A DNA stretch of 64,000 nt from Planctomycetota bacterium. Lineage in GTDB: Bacteria > Planctomycetota > UBA1135. The stretch is from positions 1 through 64,000 of the forward strand of contig JASFYO010000002.1 in the NCBI GenBank assembly GCA_045047305.1, written 5' to 3'. The position numbers were made by a program, and so were the translations under genes. This document shows positions 42,544 to 52,758 of this stretch, in pieces (position 1 is the stretch's first letter; the number at the start of each line of letters is the position of its first letter). The notes under the pieces were generated by a model that did no database searches, was not told where the DNA came from, and saw nothing but the letters and a program-made list of their open reading frames with translations.

Positions 42544-43524
42544 TTAATCCTGGCGCAACCAGAGTTCAGCCTGCATCACCCTCATCAAGTCGCCGCCACC
42601 AGCCAAGGCGTTGAGCTCGAGGAACTTTTCAAAGGCCTGCCGTGCCTCTGCGCCGCGCGCTAAATAATCGCGTAACAAAAGCCCCTTATTAAACCAGGCT
42701 GCAGCCTCGTTGGGACGATCCGCAATCACCGACTCCACTACTTCTAAAGCTTCTTGGGCGCGTCCTAATTGTGCCAGAGCAGCAGCCTCTAGCAAATGCC
42801 CCTGCCACAAGTCATCGGCCAAGGCATGGGCGCCAAGTAAGGCTTTTTCGGCATCGCCTGAGCTCAAATCGGCTACTGCCATGGTGTACTCCGCGCGAGT
42901 AGATGCCTCAAACTTCGACCACGGTTCCGTTTGCGCCGCAGCACGGGCTAAGTCGGGACGCTCAAACAGCGGGGCTAATTCACCGAGTAAACGCCAAGCC
43001 TCGGCGCTTCCGGGCTGATCCATCAACAAGGCAGCCAACTCGTCTAAAACTTCGGGATCGCCAGCCCGAGCGCTCATGGCCAACCAATAAACTCTAGCTT
43101 GAGTTAATTCAGGCTGAAGGCTCAGGGCTCTCTCGAGCAAGCGGTAACTCTCAGTAGGGTCTTCCACAACACGAGCGAGAAGCAGGGCATGAAGTCCAGT
43201 CTCGTCCTTCGCAAAAGCCGCTTCCGCGCGAGAATAGACCAGACTTCGATCCTCGTATTGGATTTCCATGTCTTGCAGGAACATGGCCAAACGAACGTCA
43301 TCAGGGTTAGCGTCACGAAGGGTACGGACAGCTTGGAGGCCAGCGCGCGGTTCGCCCTGCATGGCTTCATAAGCAGTTTCCAGCAACTCCCATGCGGCCG
43401 AATCCTGTTCACGGGCACTCTGAATAGCGACTTTCGACGGGAGTTCCAGCTCACTGGTAAACAATCCACAAGAAACTACCAGGGAAAGTGCAATCATGAG
43501 CAAGGTCGGACGGGAATTGAACAC
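42544..43524 (-). CDS. Putative TPR-repeat lipoprotein
   Basis: Hydrophobic leader ending VVSC; TPR-like A.AWFNKG..L, EA.QAFEKFLEL. Confidence 0.7.
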   Translation of the reverse strand: MFNSRPTLLMIALSLVVSCGLFTSELELPSKVAIQSAREQDSAAWELLETAYEAMQGEPRAGLQAVRTLRDANPDDVRLAMFLQDMEIQYEDRSLVYSRAEAAFAKDETGLHALLLARVVEDPTESYRLLERALSLQPELTQARVYWLAMSARAGDPEVLDELAALLMDQPGSAEAWRLLGELAPLFERPDLARAAAQTEPWSKFEASTRAEYTMAVADLSSGDAEKALLGAHALADDLWQGHLLEAAALAQLGRAQEALEVVESVIADRPNEAAAWFNKGLLLRDYLARGAEARQAFEKFLELNALAGGGDLMRVMQAELWLRQD

Positions 43525-43546
43525 GCCATGAGCCTACAATCTCCGC

Positions 43547-45028
43547 ATGACATTTCTGCGTCGCCTTGGCCTTCTGGGCCTACTTATCTGGAGCTCATGT
43601 GCGGCTCCCGATGCAGAAATCCATTTGGCGCCTTTCATCTCGCGCCACACCTTGCCGCAATATCAACATTTTGAGTCTCTAGGAGGCGCAGTGCGCTTTC
43701 ACCGAGAGGCCGATGATTCGATGTGGGCTATCAGTCCTGTCATGTGGCGCAAAGATTACGCCGATGGCGAGATCGAAGCTTCCTTCCTCGGCGGCCTCGG
43801 TCGTTATGAGTTCGACCCCTCTCGCCCACGCACCTACGCCCGTTTATTTCCGTTGTGGTCCTATCGCAGTGAAGTGCGCGCCGATGGCATCACAGACACC
43901 GATTGGTCGCTCCTGTTCTGGCTCATTGCAGGTGGCTCCAGCTCGGATAACTTAGAGAACTACTTCTGGTTCTTCCCCTTCTTCGGCACGGGACGCAACT
44001 TCCTTACTTTCGACGAATTCTCCTTCTTCCTTTTTCCGCTTTACCTTGAGAACCACAAGCAAGAACGCCACAGCAAGCATTGGTTGTGGCCTTTCTTTGG
44101 CAAAGTCGAGGGCTCCGAAGAAGGCTGGCATGTCTTTCCTTTTTACGGCACAACCACGGTTCCCGGTCGACACCAAAGCTCTTATATCATGTGGCCATTC
44201 TGGACCCAGGCAACCACAGACCAGCAAAAGAAGCACCCTTCGAAACAATGGATGTTCTTCCCTTTTTATGGCAAAACGACCCAAGATGATTATGCGGCGA
44301 CCACATTCTTGTGGCCATTTTTCGGCTGGGCTGACCGGCCTTCGACCGATTACTCTTCCTGGAGTTTCTGGCCCTTCTTGAAGTTTGAATCGGGTGGAAA
44401 AGAAGCCGATCGTAAAATCCAAAAGGTACTTCCTTTCTGGATGCACTACGAAAATGCACAAACGGAGTACTCCGCTTTTTTGTGGCCCTTCTTTTGGCAC
44501 ACGAAATCTCACTTCAACAAAATGAAAAGCGAAGGTTATTATTTCGTACCCCTTTTCATGCATTCCAAAACCCTTCGCGACGATGGAACCGAAGAGCGCA
44601 ATCTGCGCATTTGGCCGTTTATGAGCTATGAATTCGAGGCTCGCAAACGCGAGGTACTACGCGTACTCGACCTAGGCATTCCGCGCCTTTTAGACCCCGA
44701 AGGCTTCTATCAGATGTTTGGATTCCTATACACCCTCTGGGACAACCGCGACCAAATCGAAGCGGACCCGATTGTGGTACACGAGAAACGTGCTTGGTTC
44801 AATCTTTACCACGAGGCAGAAGCAGCAGGTCACGAGCGTTGGAGCATCCCTGTAATTGGCGGCAAATGGACCGAACCCGACGGCACCACCCATTCCTCCT
44901 GGCTCTTCGGTCTCATCCGTTGGCGTAGTGGCGAAGGCGGCGGTCTAGAATCACCAGCCTTCCCCGGCCCCGGTTGGCCCGACATTCACCGAATCGCAGA
45001 CCAGGCCAACGCGGAGGCCAAGCAATGA
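43547..45028 (+). CDS. Hypothetical lipoprotein with aromatic W/F-P-F repeats
   Basis: Signal peptide ending WSSC; at least 13 [FW]P[FL][FYW]-like repeats; stop overlaps the mlaE start (ATGA). Confidence 0.8.
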   Translation: MTFLRRLGLLGLLIWSSCAAPDAEIHLAPFISRHTLPQYQHFESLGGAVRFHREADDSMWAISPVMWRKDYADGEIEASFLGGLGRYEFDPSRPRTYARLFPLWSYRSEVRADGITDTDWSLLFWLIAGGSSSDNLENYFWFFPFFGTGRNFLTFDEFSFFLFPLYLENHKQERHSKHWLWPFFGKVEGSEEGWHVFPFYGTTTVPGRHQSSYIMWPFWTQATTDQQKKHPSKQWMFFPFYGKTTQDDYAATTFLWPFFGWADRPSTDYSSWSFWPFLKFESGGKEADRKIQKVLPFWMHYENAQTEYSAFLWPFFWHTKSHFNKMKSEGYYFVPLFMHSKTLRDDGTEERNLRIWPFMSYEFEARKREVLRVLDLGIPRLLDPEGFYQMFGFLYTLWDNRDQIEADPIVVHEKRAWFNLYHEAEAAGHERWSIPVIGGKWTEPDGTTHSSWLFGLIRWRSGEGGGLESPAFPGPGWPDIHRIADQANAEAKQ

Positions 45029-45819
45029 ATCAGTTTCAAAAAGTAGGCGCGAACTTCCTTGCCCCGCCGATTGAAATCGCTGGGTTTACATTTGGCTTAG
45101 CCGTTGGTGTGATTTCGCGGCTCGGACAATTCCCGAAGCGATTGCGTTCCACCCTAGACCAAATGCACCTCACTGGGGTCAAATCTTTGGTCGTAGTGTT
45201 GTTCGTCAACTTCTTCATCGGCATGATTCTGGCCCTGCAACTGGGCTATGAACTCGCACGCTATGGCCAACAGGAAGCGGTTGGTTTTGCGGTTGCGGTT
45301 GCCATGGTGCGTGAAATGGCGCCGGTCATGACGGCTGTGGTTCTAGCCGCAAGCGTTGCGAGCGCGATGGCAGCGGAACTCGGCACCATGCGAGTTCAGG
45401 AAGAGATTACCGCGCTCGATGTCATGTCGATCGACGTCACCAGCTACTTGGTTTTCCCACGGGTTGTCGCCATGACCTTGATGGCTCCCGTCCTCACTCT
45501 GCTTGCCTCAGTCGTCGGGATTCTCGGCGGTGCGGTGATTGCACAAGCACAGCTTGGTCTCGACTTCAGCGGCTACATGCGCAACGTTTACGATTCCCTT
45601 TCCGACACTAGCCTGTTCGGATTACCGCGCAGTGTTTATGTCAGCTTAATCAAAGCCACCATCTTCGGATTCACCGTTTCCGTAGTTGGATGCGCCTGTG
45701 GCCTCATGGCAAAAAATGGAGCCAGTGGCGTGGGAAACAGCACACGCGCCGCAGTGCGCAACTCCATCATCTTGATTATCGTGCTCAACTTCTTCCTCGG
45801 AAAACTGGTCTACACATGA
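45025..45819 (+). CDS. mlaE: MlaE-family ABC permease
   Basis: GMILALQ, REMAPV..A, AELGTM.V.EEI.AL, PRV.A; ATG at 45025. Confidence 0.9.
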   Translation: MNQFQKVGANFLAPPIEIAGFTFGLAVGVISRLGQFPKRLRSTLDQMHLTGVKSLVVVLFVNFFIGMILALQLGYELARYGQQEAVGFAVAVAMVREMAPVMTAVVLAASVASAMAAELGTMRVQEEITALDVMSIDVTSYLVFPRVVAMTLMAPVLTLLASVVGILGGAVIAQAQLGLDFSGYMRNVYDSLSDTSLFGLPRSVYVSLIKATIFGFTVSVVGCACGLMAKNGASGVGNSTRAAVRNSIILIIVLNFFLGKLVYT

Positions 45820-46544
45820 TTGAATTCCAGGATGTCTACAAGTCCTTCGGCACCCAAGAAGTGCTGAAAGGAACCCAATTCACGGTGAAAGAGGGGCAAT
45901 CATTAGTCATCATGGGCCCAAGTGGTTCGGGTAAAAGTGTAATCCTAAAACACTTGATTGGTCTGCTTAACCCTGATCGCGGCAACATTCGCATTATGGG
46001 GAAAGACGTCGCAAAGCTGGATCGTGATGGTTTGCAACAATTGCGTAGAGATATGGGCTATCTCTTTCAACACTCCGCGCTCATCAACTGGCTCTCGGTG
46101 TTCGACAACATTGCCTTGCCTTTAAGAGAAACCACCTCGATGTCGGAGAAGGAAATTGAGGAACAAGTCATGCACGTGCTAGGCTTAGTGCGCCTCGAAG
46201 AAGCGCGGATCAAACTTCCAGGGGAAATCTCTGGGGGCATGCAAAAGCGCGTCGGACTAGCACGCGCTTTAGTTACCAAACCGTCGATCATTTTGTACGA
46301 CGAACCAGAAGCAGGACTCGACCCCGAAATGTCGACCAGCGTCAGTCACATGATGCGTCGCTTGAAGGAAGAACACGGCATGACTTCGGTCACCGTGACT
46401 CACAGTGTGAACTGCGCATTAACCGTCGCAGATACGCTCGCCGTTTTTGAGAAGGGCAAGTTTCTGATTTCAGGACCTCCTACGGAAGTCCTCAACTCCG
46501 ACAATAAACGCGTGCGCGAGTTCCTCGGCGCGCCGATTGATTAA
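45816..46544 (+). CDS. mlaF: MlaF-family ABC ATPase
   Basis: GPSGSGKS, ISGGMQKRVGLARAL, YDEP.AGLDP; ATG at 45816 overlaps the mlaE stop. Confidence 0.9.
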   Translation: MIEFQDVYKSFGTQEVLKGTQFTVKEGQSLVIMGPSGSGKSVILKHLIGLLNPDRGNIRIMGKDVAKLDRDGLQQLRRDMGYLFQHSALINWLSVFDNIALPLRETTSMSEKEIEEQVMHVLGLVRLEEARIKLPGEISGGMQKRVGLARALVTKPSIILYDEPEAGLDPEMSTSVSHMMRRLKEEHGMTSVTVTHSVNCALTVADTLAVFEKGKFLISGPPTEVLNSDNKRVREFLGAPID

Positions 46545-46545
46545 C

Positions 46546-47652
46546 ATGGAAAAAACCGGACGTCGCGATTTCATTTTGGGTCTCGTGTTCTTCGGAGCGA
46601 TTGCTCTGTTGCTGTACTACACGATTGTGCTCACCGGATTTAGTTTTTCGGACAAGGTCTATATGACTGCCTACTTCCCAAATGCCAACGGCTTGAAGGA
46701 GGGCGATGCGATTTTGGTTGCTGGACGCCCGACTGGCACCGTGCGGGAAGTAGCTTTCCACGATGACCGTCCAGAAGATCGCCGCATCAGTGTGCGGATG
46801 GAATTCACCGAAGCCCCTACCCTGCACGAAGGCTACTTCTTGCGCATCGCTGAATTCACGGTGTTGGGAGGTCGCGTTATTCAAATCGAGCCAGGCCCAT
46901 TTACCAATGCAATCATTGGTCCAGCAGCCGAGCTTGTGGGCACGGTCGAGTCGTCGGCCTTGGCCCAGTTCAGCGAATTGCTAGAGCGCAACGAGGAAGA
47001 CATCACCGCAATTATTAGCAATCTGAAGAGCACCAGCGAAGATTTGGCTCAGGGACGCGGCGTGATTGGGGCCTTATTGAATGACGAAACCATGCGTGTC
47101 GACCTTAAGCAGGCGATTCAGAATGCCTCCGATCTGATTTCCGACCTACGTGCCGGCCGTGGCACTTTGGGGGCTCTCCTCACCGATGAGGCCACCAAGG
47201 AGCGTGTTTTGGGTATTGTGGAGGATGCTGCGAACCTCGTGGCCGACGTCGGCGCCATCGCCCAGGGCGCTCGGAATGGGGAAGGGTTGCTCGGCGCGCT
47301 GCTCAATGATCCGCTGCTGAGAGATGAGGCCACCAATTTGGTACACAACCTGGATGAAATTGCCGTCCGCCTGAATGTCGTCATCGATGATGCTATCGCA
47401 GGCAAGGGTCTTCTTGGTACAATGATTGGTGACGAACAGATCGCCGACGACGCAAAAGCATTTTTAGGAAACCTCGCTGAGGTCACGCGTCGTCTGAAAG
47501 ATGGAGAAGGAAGCCTTGGCCGCCTGCTCACCGAAGAACAGGCTTATGAGGAGCTACTGATGGCCCTCAAGTCTCTCAATGGCCAGCTAGAGGATGCCCG
47601 CGAAGCGCAACCGATTTCAACTTTCACTCAATTGCTGTTCGGAACCTTCTAA
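46546..47652 (+). CDS. mlaD: MlaD/MCE-domain protein with long helical repeat tail
   Basis: N-terminal TM, F.NANGL..GD.I..AG...G.V, LGGR.I.I.PG; five GxGxLGxL.xD repeats. Confidence 0.85.
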   Translation: MEKTGRRDFILGLVFFGAIALLLYYTIVLTGFSFSDKVYMTAYFPNANGLKEGDAILVAGRPTGTVREVAFHDDRPEDRRISVRMEFTEAPTLHEGYFLRIAEFTVLGGRVIQIEPGPFTNAIIGPAAELVGTVESSALAQFSELLERNEEDITAIISNLKSTSEDLAQGRGVIGALLNDETMRVDLKQAIQNASDLISDLRAGRGTLGALLTDEATKERVLGIVEDAANLVADVGAIAQGARNGEGLLGALLNDPLLRDEATNLVHNLDEIAVRLNVVIDDAIAGKGLLGTMIGDEQIADDAKAFLGNLAEVTRRLKDGEGSLGRLLTEEQAYEELLMALKSLNGQLEDAREAQPISTFTQLLFGTF

Positions 47653-47661
47653 GCCAAGCAC

Positions 47662-49482
47662 ATGGAACTCCGCAACATCGCCATCATCGCCCACGTCGAT
47701 CATGGCAAGACCACTCTCGTCGACGGCCTGTTTAAAGAGGCCGGAACCCTAGAACGCGGACAGCAAAATTCCGACCGCGTGATGGACAGCAATGATTTGG
47801 AACGTGAGCGTGGCATCACCATTCTTTCGAAGAATGCTGCGCTGACCTGGAAAGGTGTGCGCGTGAACCTGATTGATACGCCTGGACACGCCGACTTCGG
47901 CGGTCAGGTCGAACGCGTGCTTTCGATGGCTGACGGCGTTCTGTTGGTGGTCGATGCATTCGAAGGCGTGATGCCACAAACTCGATTTGTGCTGCAGAAA
48001 GCTTTTGAGAACAAGCTCCGCCCGTTAGTAGTTGTCAACAAAATGGACCGCCAAGATGCCCGCGCTGACGCTGTGCTGGGTGAAGTCTTTGACCTCTTCA
48101 TCGAGCTTGGCGCGGAAGAAATGGCCCTCGATTTTCCGGTCATCTACGCATCAGCACGCAACGGCTGGGCGAGTACGGAAGAAGTGACAAGTGGCGAAAA
48201 CATGGAGCCTATGCTCGATGCCATCCTCGAATACTTCGATGCGCCAGACTTCGACTTAGAGGGTCCACTGCAGTATCAAGTGGGTACGCTTGACTGGGAT
48301 GATTACGTCGGACGCATTGGCATTGGCCGCGTCACCCGTGGTATTTTGCGCCAAGGCGATGAAGTGCGCTGGTTCACCAATGATGGCGAGAAAAAGCGTG
48401 GCCGGGTAAAGGAGCTTTATCGCTACGCTGGCATGGATCGCGTCCCAACCGAAATGGTTGAAGCAGGCGATATTGCATCGGTTGCCGGCATGGATGGACT
48501 AAGCCTTGGAGACACCTTGGTCGCAATGGGCAATGAAGATGCCCTCCCACCGATTGAAGTAGAGCCTCCAACCATCGAGATGGAGTTCTTGGTCAACGAC
48601 TCGCCATTCGCAGGCAAGGAAGGCACCTTTGTGACCTCACGCCAAGTGAAGGAACGCTTGGAACGCGCCTCCATCATGGACCCGGCTCTGCGTATCACCA
48701 TTGGACCTTCTGGCGGATACCTAGTCGCCGGACGCGGCGTGCTGCACCTCGGTATTTTGATCGAGAACATGCGTCGTGAAGGCTTTGAATTTGCTGTGGG
48801 CTCCCCGCGCGTATTGCTCAAGGAAGATGAAAACGGCAAGACGCTAGAGCCGATGGAGGATGCACGCGTCGATGTCCCGGAAGAATCCATGGGCAAGGTA
48901 ATTGAGTACTTCGGCCGTCGTGGTGCAGAAATCACCGAAATGACCCGGCAAGGCACACGGGCCAGCGTGTTTTTCACCCTCCCAACCCGCGGCTTGATTG
49001 GCGCACGAACACAAGTACTCACCTTGACCAAAGGTGAAGGTGTTCTCACTTCGATCCTTGCTGGCTATGGCCTGCGCACCACCGAAATTGAAACCCGCCA
49101 CAATGGCGTACTGGTTTCTTCCGATACTGGACAGTGCACCACCTACTCCCTGCGTAACTTGGAAGACCGCGGTGTCTTCTTCGTCGCAAACGGCACGCCG
49201 ATTTACGAAGGCATGGTTGTGGGCGAAAACAACAAGGACAACGACATCACCATCAACATTGTTCGCGCGAAGAAGATGTCGAACATCCGCGTGGCCAACA
49301 AAGATGTCGATGAGAAGGTACGTGCCCCGCGCATCATGGGATTGGAGCAATACTTGGAGTACCTCGATACCGATGAGCTACTAGAAGTCACTCCAAAGTC
49401 TTTGCGTTTGCGTAAGCGTCAACTCAATGAGAAGACGCGTTTGCGCTTACTGAAGTCGAAGGAAACGGCTCACTCGTCGTAA
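47662..49482 (+). CDS. typA: Ribosome-associated GTPase TypA/BipA
   Basis: [54 protein letters not shown]. Confidence 0.96.
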   Translation: MELRNIAIIAHVDHGKTTLVDGLFKEAGTLERGQQNSDRVMDSNDLERERGITILSKNAALTWKGVRVNLIDTPGHADFGGQVERVLSMADGVLLVVDAFEGVMPQTRFVLQKAFENKLRPLVVVNKMDRQDARADAVLGEVFDLFIELGAEEMALDFPVIYASARNGWASTEEVTSGENMEPMLDAILEYFDAPDFDLEGPLQYQVGTLDWDDYVGRIGIGRVTRGILRQGDEVRWFTNDGEKKRGRVKELYRYAGMDRVPTEMVEAGDIASVAGMDGLSLGDTLVAMGNEDALPPIEVEPPTIEMEFLVNDSPFAGKEGTFVTSRQVKERLERASIMDPALRITIGPSGGYLVAGRGVLHLGILIENMRREGFEFAVGSPRVLLKEDENGKTLEPMEDARVDVPEESMGKVIEYFGRRGAEITEMTRQGTRASVFFTLPTRGLIGARTQVLTLTKGEGVLTSILAGYGLRTTEIETRHNGVLVSSDTGQCTTYSLRNLEDRGVFFVANGTPIYEGMVVGENNKDNDITINIVRAKKMSNIRVANKDVDEKVRAPRIMGLEQYLEYLDTDELLEVTPKSLRLRKRQLNEKTRLRLLKSKETAHSS

Positions 49483-51080
49483 GTCTTGCGCATATAAGCT
49501 TTCCATTCCTGCTCTAATTCGTTGAGCGGAATGGAATGTTCATATCCGAAGGTATCCCGGGTATGTTCTTGCAGCAGTGAATGAAAATCGGAAGCGTCTA
49601 CGATTTCGGTTAGACCACGCAGCCAGTCTTGCCCCTTCCGTCCCTTCGCCTCTGCAAGAAAAGTAAACAGAGCCCAAGCTTTGGAAAACTCTTCGCGATC
49701 GAAATCATATTTACGCAACCTGATTAGCCGGAAAAATGGCTCCTGACACACAACGGCATCGGCCGCCATCGTTGCGCGCTTCCCAATAAAGAGGCCACCG
49801 AATCCACGGTCCCCTGCGTCCCCTGCGTCCACAGCATTCGCATGCGCCGTGGTTTCGCCAACACTGATAGTGGATGGACGTAGATCGAAGCAGGTTGTGG
49901 TGTTTTTGTTGAGAAAGCGGAGCGACAAATGATACCCAACAGCCTCCTCTAACCAATCTTGGCTCCCCGGGTGTATCTGATAATTCAACGCAGCAAGGCG
50001 GTGTCCAATTCCGTGCACAACGCGCCCTTCTAGGTCGGCAAAAGGCCCCGTACGCCAATAAGACATCAGAGTATTTTCGAAGTAAATCCACTTACCATTT
50101 AGGCTTAGCAACTGTTCACGATCTTTGCCGGAGCCCCAATCACCGCCAAGATACTGCTCGTAAAGATGTTCGTAGTTGCGTGCCTGATCATCGGAGAAGA
50201 AAAACTGCACGAAAATCTCTTCGGGGATTTCATCGCGAAATCCATCGCCCAAATATGGATCGACAAACTCGGCGCGGAAGTCCTCGATCACTCTTTCACC
50301 GAGTTCGGCCAAGGCAATCATCTGCTTATCGGATATGCCTGCATGACAAATAATCTTCATGTGCCTACTTTCCACACTGCGGAACTTCAGCCCGGAGCCA
50401 CCGATGTCCACGGCGGCAGCGGCCAACTCAGGGTCTACTGGAACAAGGTGGACTGTTTCAACTGCATCCAGCAACCTCTGGCCTCCCGGATTCGACCCCC
50501 GACGTTTTTCGTGGCTCAGCTTTCTATCCATCCGCAGCACAGCATCGGAGTATCCAGTGAAACCCAGCCAAAGCGAGAGCGATCCAAGCTCTTGCAAGTA
50601 GGTCTTTTGGACTCGTCCCCAATCAGGACTCTTCACTTTCAATCCAGAACGCTTGATGCCAAGCTCCTCCAAGCGATTGAGGCGAAGTTGATACTCCTTG
50701 GCCAAGGAAGAAAAATCTTCCTCCATCATGAAGGGAACCAATGTTGCGAGCTGAGCTCCCTTCAGCTTTAGGACTAATGATTTTTTGCGTTCCCGTTTTT
50801 CCCCATTGGCCTCCACCACATAAGGAAGGTCCAATGGATCCCGCTGGTTCTGTAAATAGAACTCAAGGCGCTCATCCCCCATCCAAGTCAGAAGCCCATC
50901 TGAGCTTCGGTCGACCCCGTTCTTCAACTCCACCAAAAGGTACTCTTGGCCATTCCACCGATAAAGCAGGGCTCGATGCCTTTTAACATCCTTTAAGTCC
51001 TCGAACCTAAGTGCATAAATCTGTGCCCCAGCAGACGCACTGAAAAAAATGCATAGAACCAACGAAAGCAAATAGCGCAT
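49470..51080 (-). CDS. Secreted gluzincin/DUF1570-like protein, paralog 3
   Basis: Signal peptide then QIYAL.F; VVHGIGH..WLEEAVGY..KAWALFTFL..LEQEW. Confidence 0.75.
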   Translation of the reverse strand: MRYLLSLVLCIFFSASAGAQIYALRFEDLKDVKRHRALLYRWNGQEYLLVELKNGVDRSSDGLLTWMGDERLEFYLQNQRDPLDLPYVVEANGEKRERKKSLVLKLKGAQLATLVPFMMEEDFSSLAKEYQLRLNRLEELGIKRSGLKVKSPDWGRVQKTYLQELGSLSLWLGFTGYSDAVLRMDRKLSHEKRRGSNPGGQRLLDAVETVHLVPVDPELAAAAVDIGGSGLKFRSVESRHMKIICHAGISDKQMIALAELGERVIEDFRAEFVDPYLGDGFRDEIPEEIFVQFFFSDDQARNYEHLYEQYLGGDWGSGKDREQLLSLNGKWIYFENTLMSYWRTGPFADLEGRVVHGIGHRLAALNYQIHPGSQDWLEEAVGYHLSLRFLNKNTTTCFDLRPSTISVGETTAHANAVDAGDAGDRGFGGLFIGKRATMAADAVVCQEPFFRLIRLRKYDFDREEFSKAWALFTFLAEAKGRKGQDWLRGLTEIVDASDFHSLLQEHTRDTFGYEHSIPLNELEQEWKAYMRKTYDE

Positions 51081-51123
51081 GGCTACAGCTTACATGATGA
51101 GGATTGAAGTGAACAGAGGCGGC

Positions 51124-52734
51124 TTAGACGTCGTAGTTCTTCCGCATATAAGCAATCCATTCCTTCTCCAAGGCCTCGACCGGACTACCTCCATCGAGGC
51201 CAAACCATTTCTTCGTGTGGTCCTGGAGCAGCAATTGAAAATCGTCGGCATCGACGATCGTCGAGAGACCTCGTAGCCACTCTTGGCCAGCTCGACCTTT
51301 CTCATCTGCGATAAAAGAGAAGAAGGCCCACGACTTCGCGGTATCCTCATTATCAAAGTCGTATTGCTTTTTGGGCAAAAGCTGCGGGGTTGGCATCGGT
51401 GAATGCAGAGCGACTCCAGCCATGACATCGCGAAGTCCTTTCATAAGCGCAGCAGTGCCACCCTCATCTTTCTTCTTTTTCTTCTTCTTGCCACCGCTGG
51501 CAACCGTGTCGCCTGGTTTTGTACGTGGAGGTGGCTTGAAGGCTACGCAAGTCACCGAGTTGCGATTCAAAAAGTTAAATGAAAGGTAATAGCCGAGTGC
51601 TTCCTCAAGCCAATCCTGAAGATTACCGTGAGTCAGGTAATTTTGCTCCGCAAGGCGGTGTCCCAATTGGTGTACGACCATGCCTTCCAGGTCGGCGCGT
51701 TCATCCACCAACCAATAGGAGACAAAAAGTTTTCCTTGCATCACCTGAGCGCCATGGATTTTCAAGCGACGCGTGCGGGTTTCACCAGAGCCCCAACTGC
51801 CACCGAGGTAATCCTCATAGAGCTTCTCGTAATGGAGTTGCTGGTCGGTGGAAAAGAAGAACTCAAGGAAAATTTCGTCGGGGATACGATCCTTGAAACT
51901 CTTATCGATGTAAGGGTCAACAAACTGGGTTCGAAAGCCATCGATTACGGTTTCCCCCAGCTCCGCCAAGCGGGTAATCTGCTCATCGGATATACCGGTG
52001 TGATATACGAACTTGAGATGCTTACTTTCTTGGGAGTGAAACTCCAAAGTCGGCCCGCCGATGCGGTGCCCAACTTCAATCAACTTGGGGTCTACGTCGA
52101 CCGATTCAACCGAAGCAATGGCTGAATCCAGGCGCACGGTTTTTGCTTCACTGGATCTCTTCTTCTCGCGGTGGATTTCACGGTCGAGTTTATTGGCCGC
52201 CTTAAAGAAGCCTGTCTGAAATAGCCAGAGTTTAAGCAAGTCCAACTCACGTATTAACTGGTCGTGGGGCGCAAACCAAGCTGCAGACCCTTCTTCCGCC
52301 TCTGCTCGAGCTGCGCGTAAGCGCTTCATCACATCCAACCGCCGCTGATACTCCAGAGAGAGGGTATAGAAACTCTCATCATTCATAAAGCCGGATAAGC
52401 CTTTTACGCGATCACCTGAAATCCCAATCGTCAGCGATTTCTTTTTGGTTTTCATCAAGCCATCGCTATCAATTTTATAAGCCAAGTCGAGTGGGTCAGC
52501 TTGATTCTGTACATAGAACTCAAGGCGATCATTCGGCTGCCAATGAAAACCGGTTGCATCTAGGGTGATTCCACCGCGAATTTCCACCAGAACCACATTG
52601 CGGCCATTCCACTCATAGAGATTCTTCTTGTAGCCCTTCGCGTACTTGGGGTCCTTGAATTCCAGAGCATATATCTGCCCGTAAGCAGAAGATCCGAAAA
52701 GCAGAACAGCAACGATTAGGAGGAGGAATCGCAT
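51124..52734 (-). CDS. Secreted gluzincin/DUF1570-like protein, paralog 2
   Basis: Signal peptide then QIYALEF; VVHQLGH..WLEEALGY..KSWAFFSFI..LEKEW. Confidence 0.75.
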   Translation of the reverse strand: MRFLLLIVAVLLFGSSAYGQIYALEFKDPKYAKGYKKNLYEWNGRNVVLVEIRGGITLDATGFHWQPNDRLEFYVQNQADPLDLAYKIDSDGLMKTKKKSLTIGISGDRVKGLSGFMNDESFYTLSLEYQRRLDVMKRLRAARAEAEEGSAAWFAPHDQLIRELDLLKLWLFQTGFFKAANKLDREIHREKKRSSEAKTVRLDSAIASVESVDVDPKLIEVGHRIGGPTLEFHSQESKHLKFVYHTGISDEQITRLAELGETVIDGFRTQFVDPYIDKSFKDRIPDEIFLEFFFSTDQQLHYEKLYEDYLGGSWGSGETRTRRLKIHGAQVMQGKLFVSYWLVDERADLEGMVVHQLGHRLAEQNYLTHGNLQDWLEEALGYYLSFNFLNRNSVTCVAFKPPPRTKPGDTVASGGKKKKKKKDEGGTAALMKGLRDVMAGVALHSPMPTPQLLPKKQYDFDNEDTAKSWAFFSFIADEKGRAGQEWLRGLSTIVDADDFQLLLQDHTKKWFGLDGGSPVEALEKEWIAYMRKNYDV

Positions 52735-52758
52735 CACATCAACAGCCTAACATCTGCA

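Noticed and set aside
43900..44640. Repeats as a CRISPR array or DNA tandem repeat
   Set aside because: Repetition is at the amino-acid level inside an ORF; the nucleotide copies are not identical
49470..49482. 13-nt convergent overlap between typA and paralog 3
   Set aside because: Common in compact genomes; no further signal
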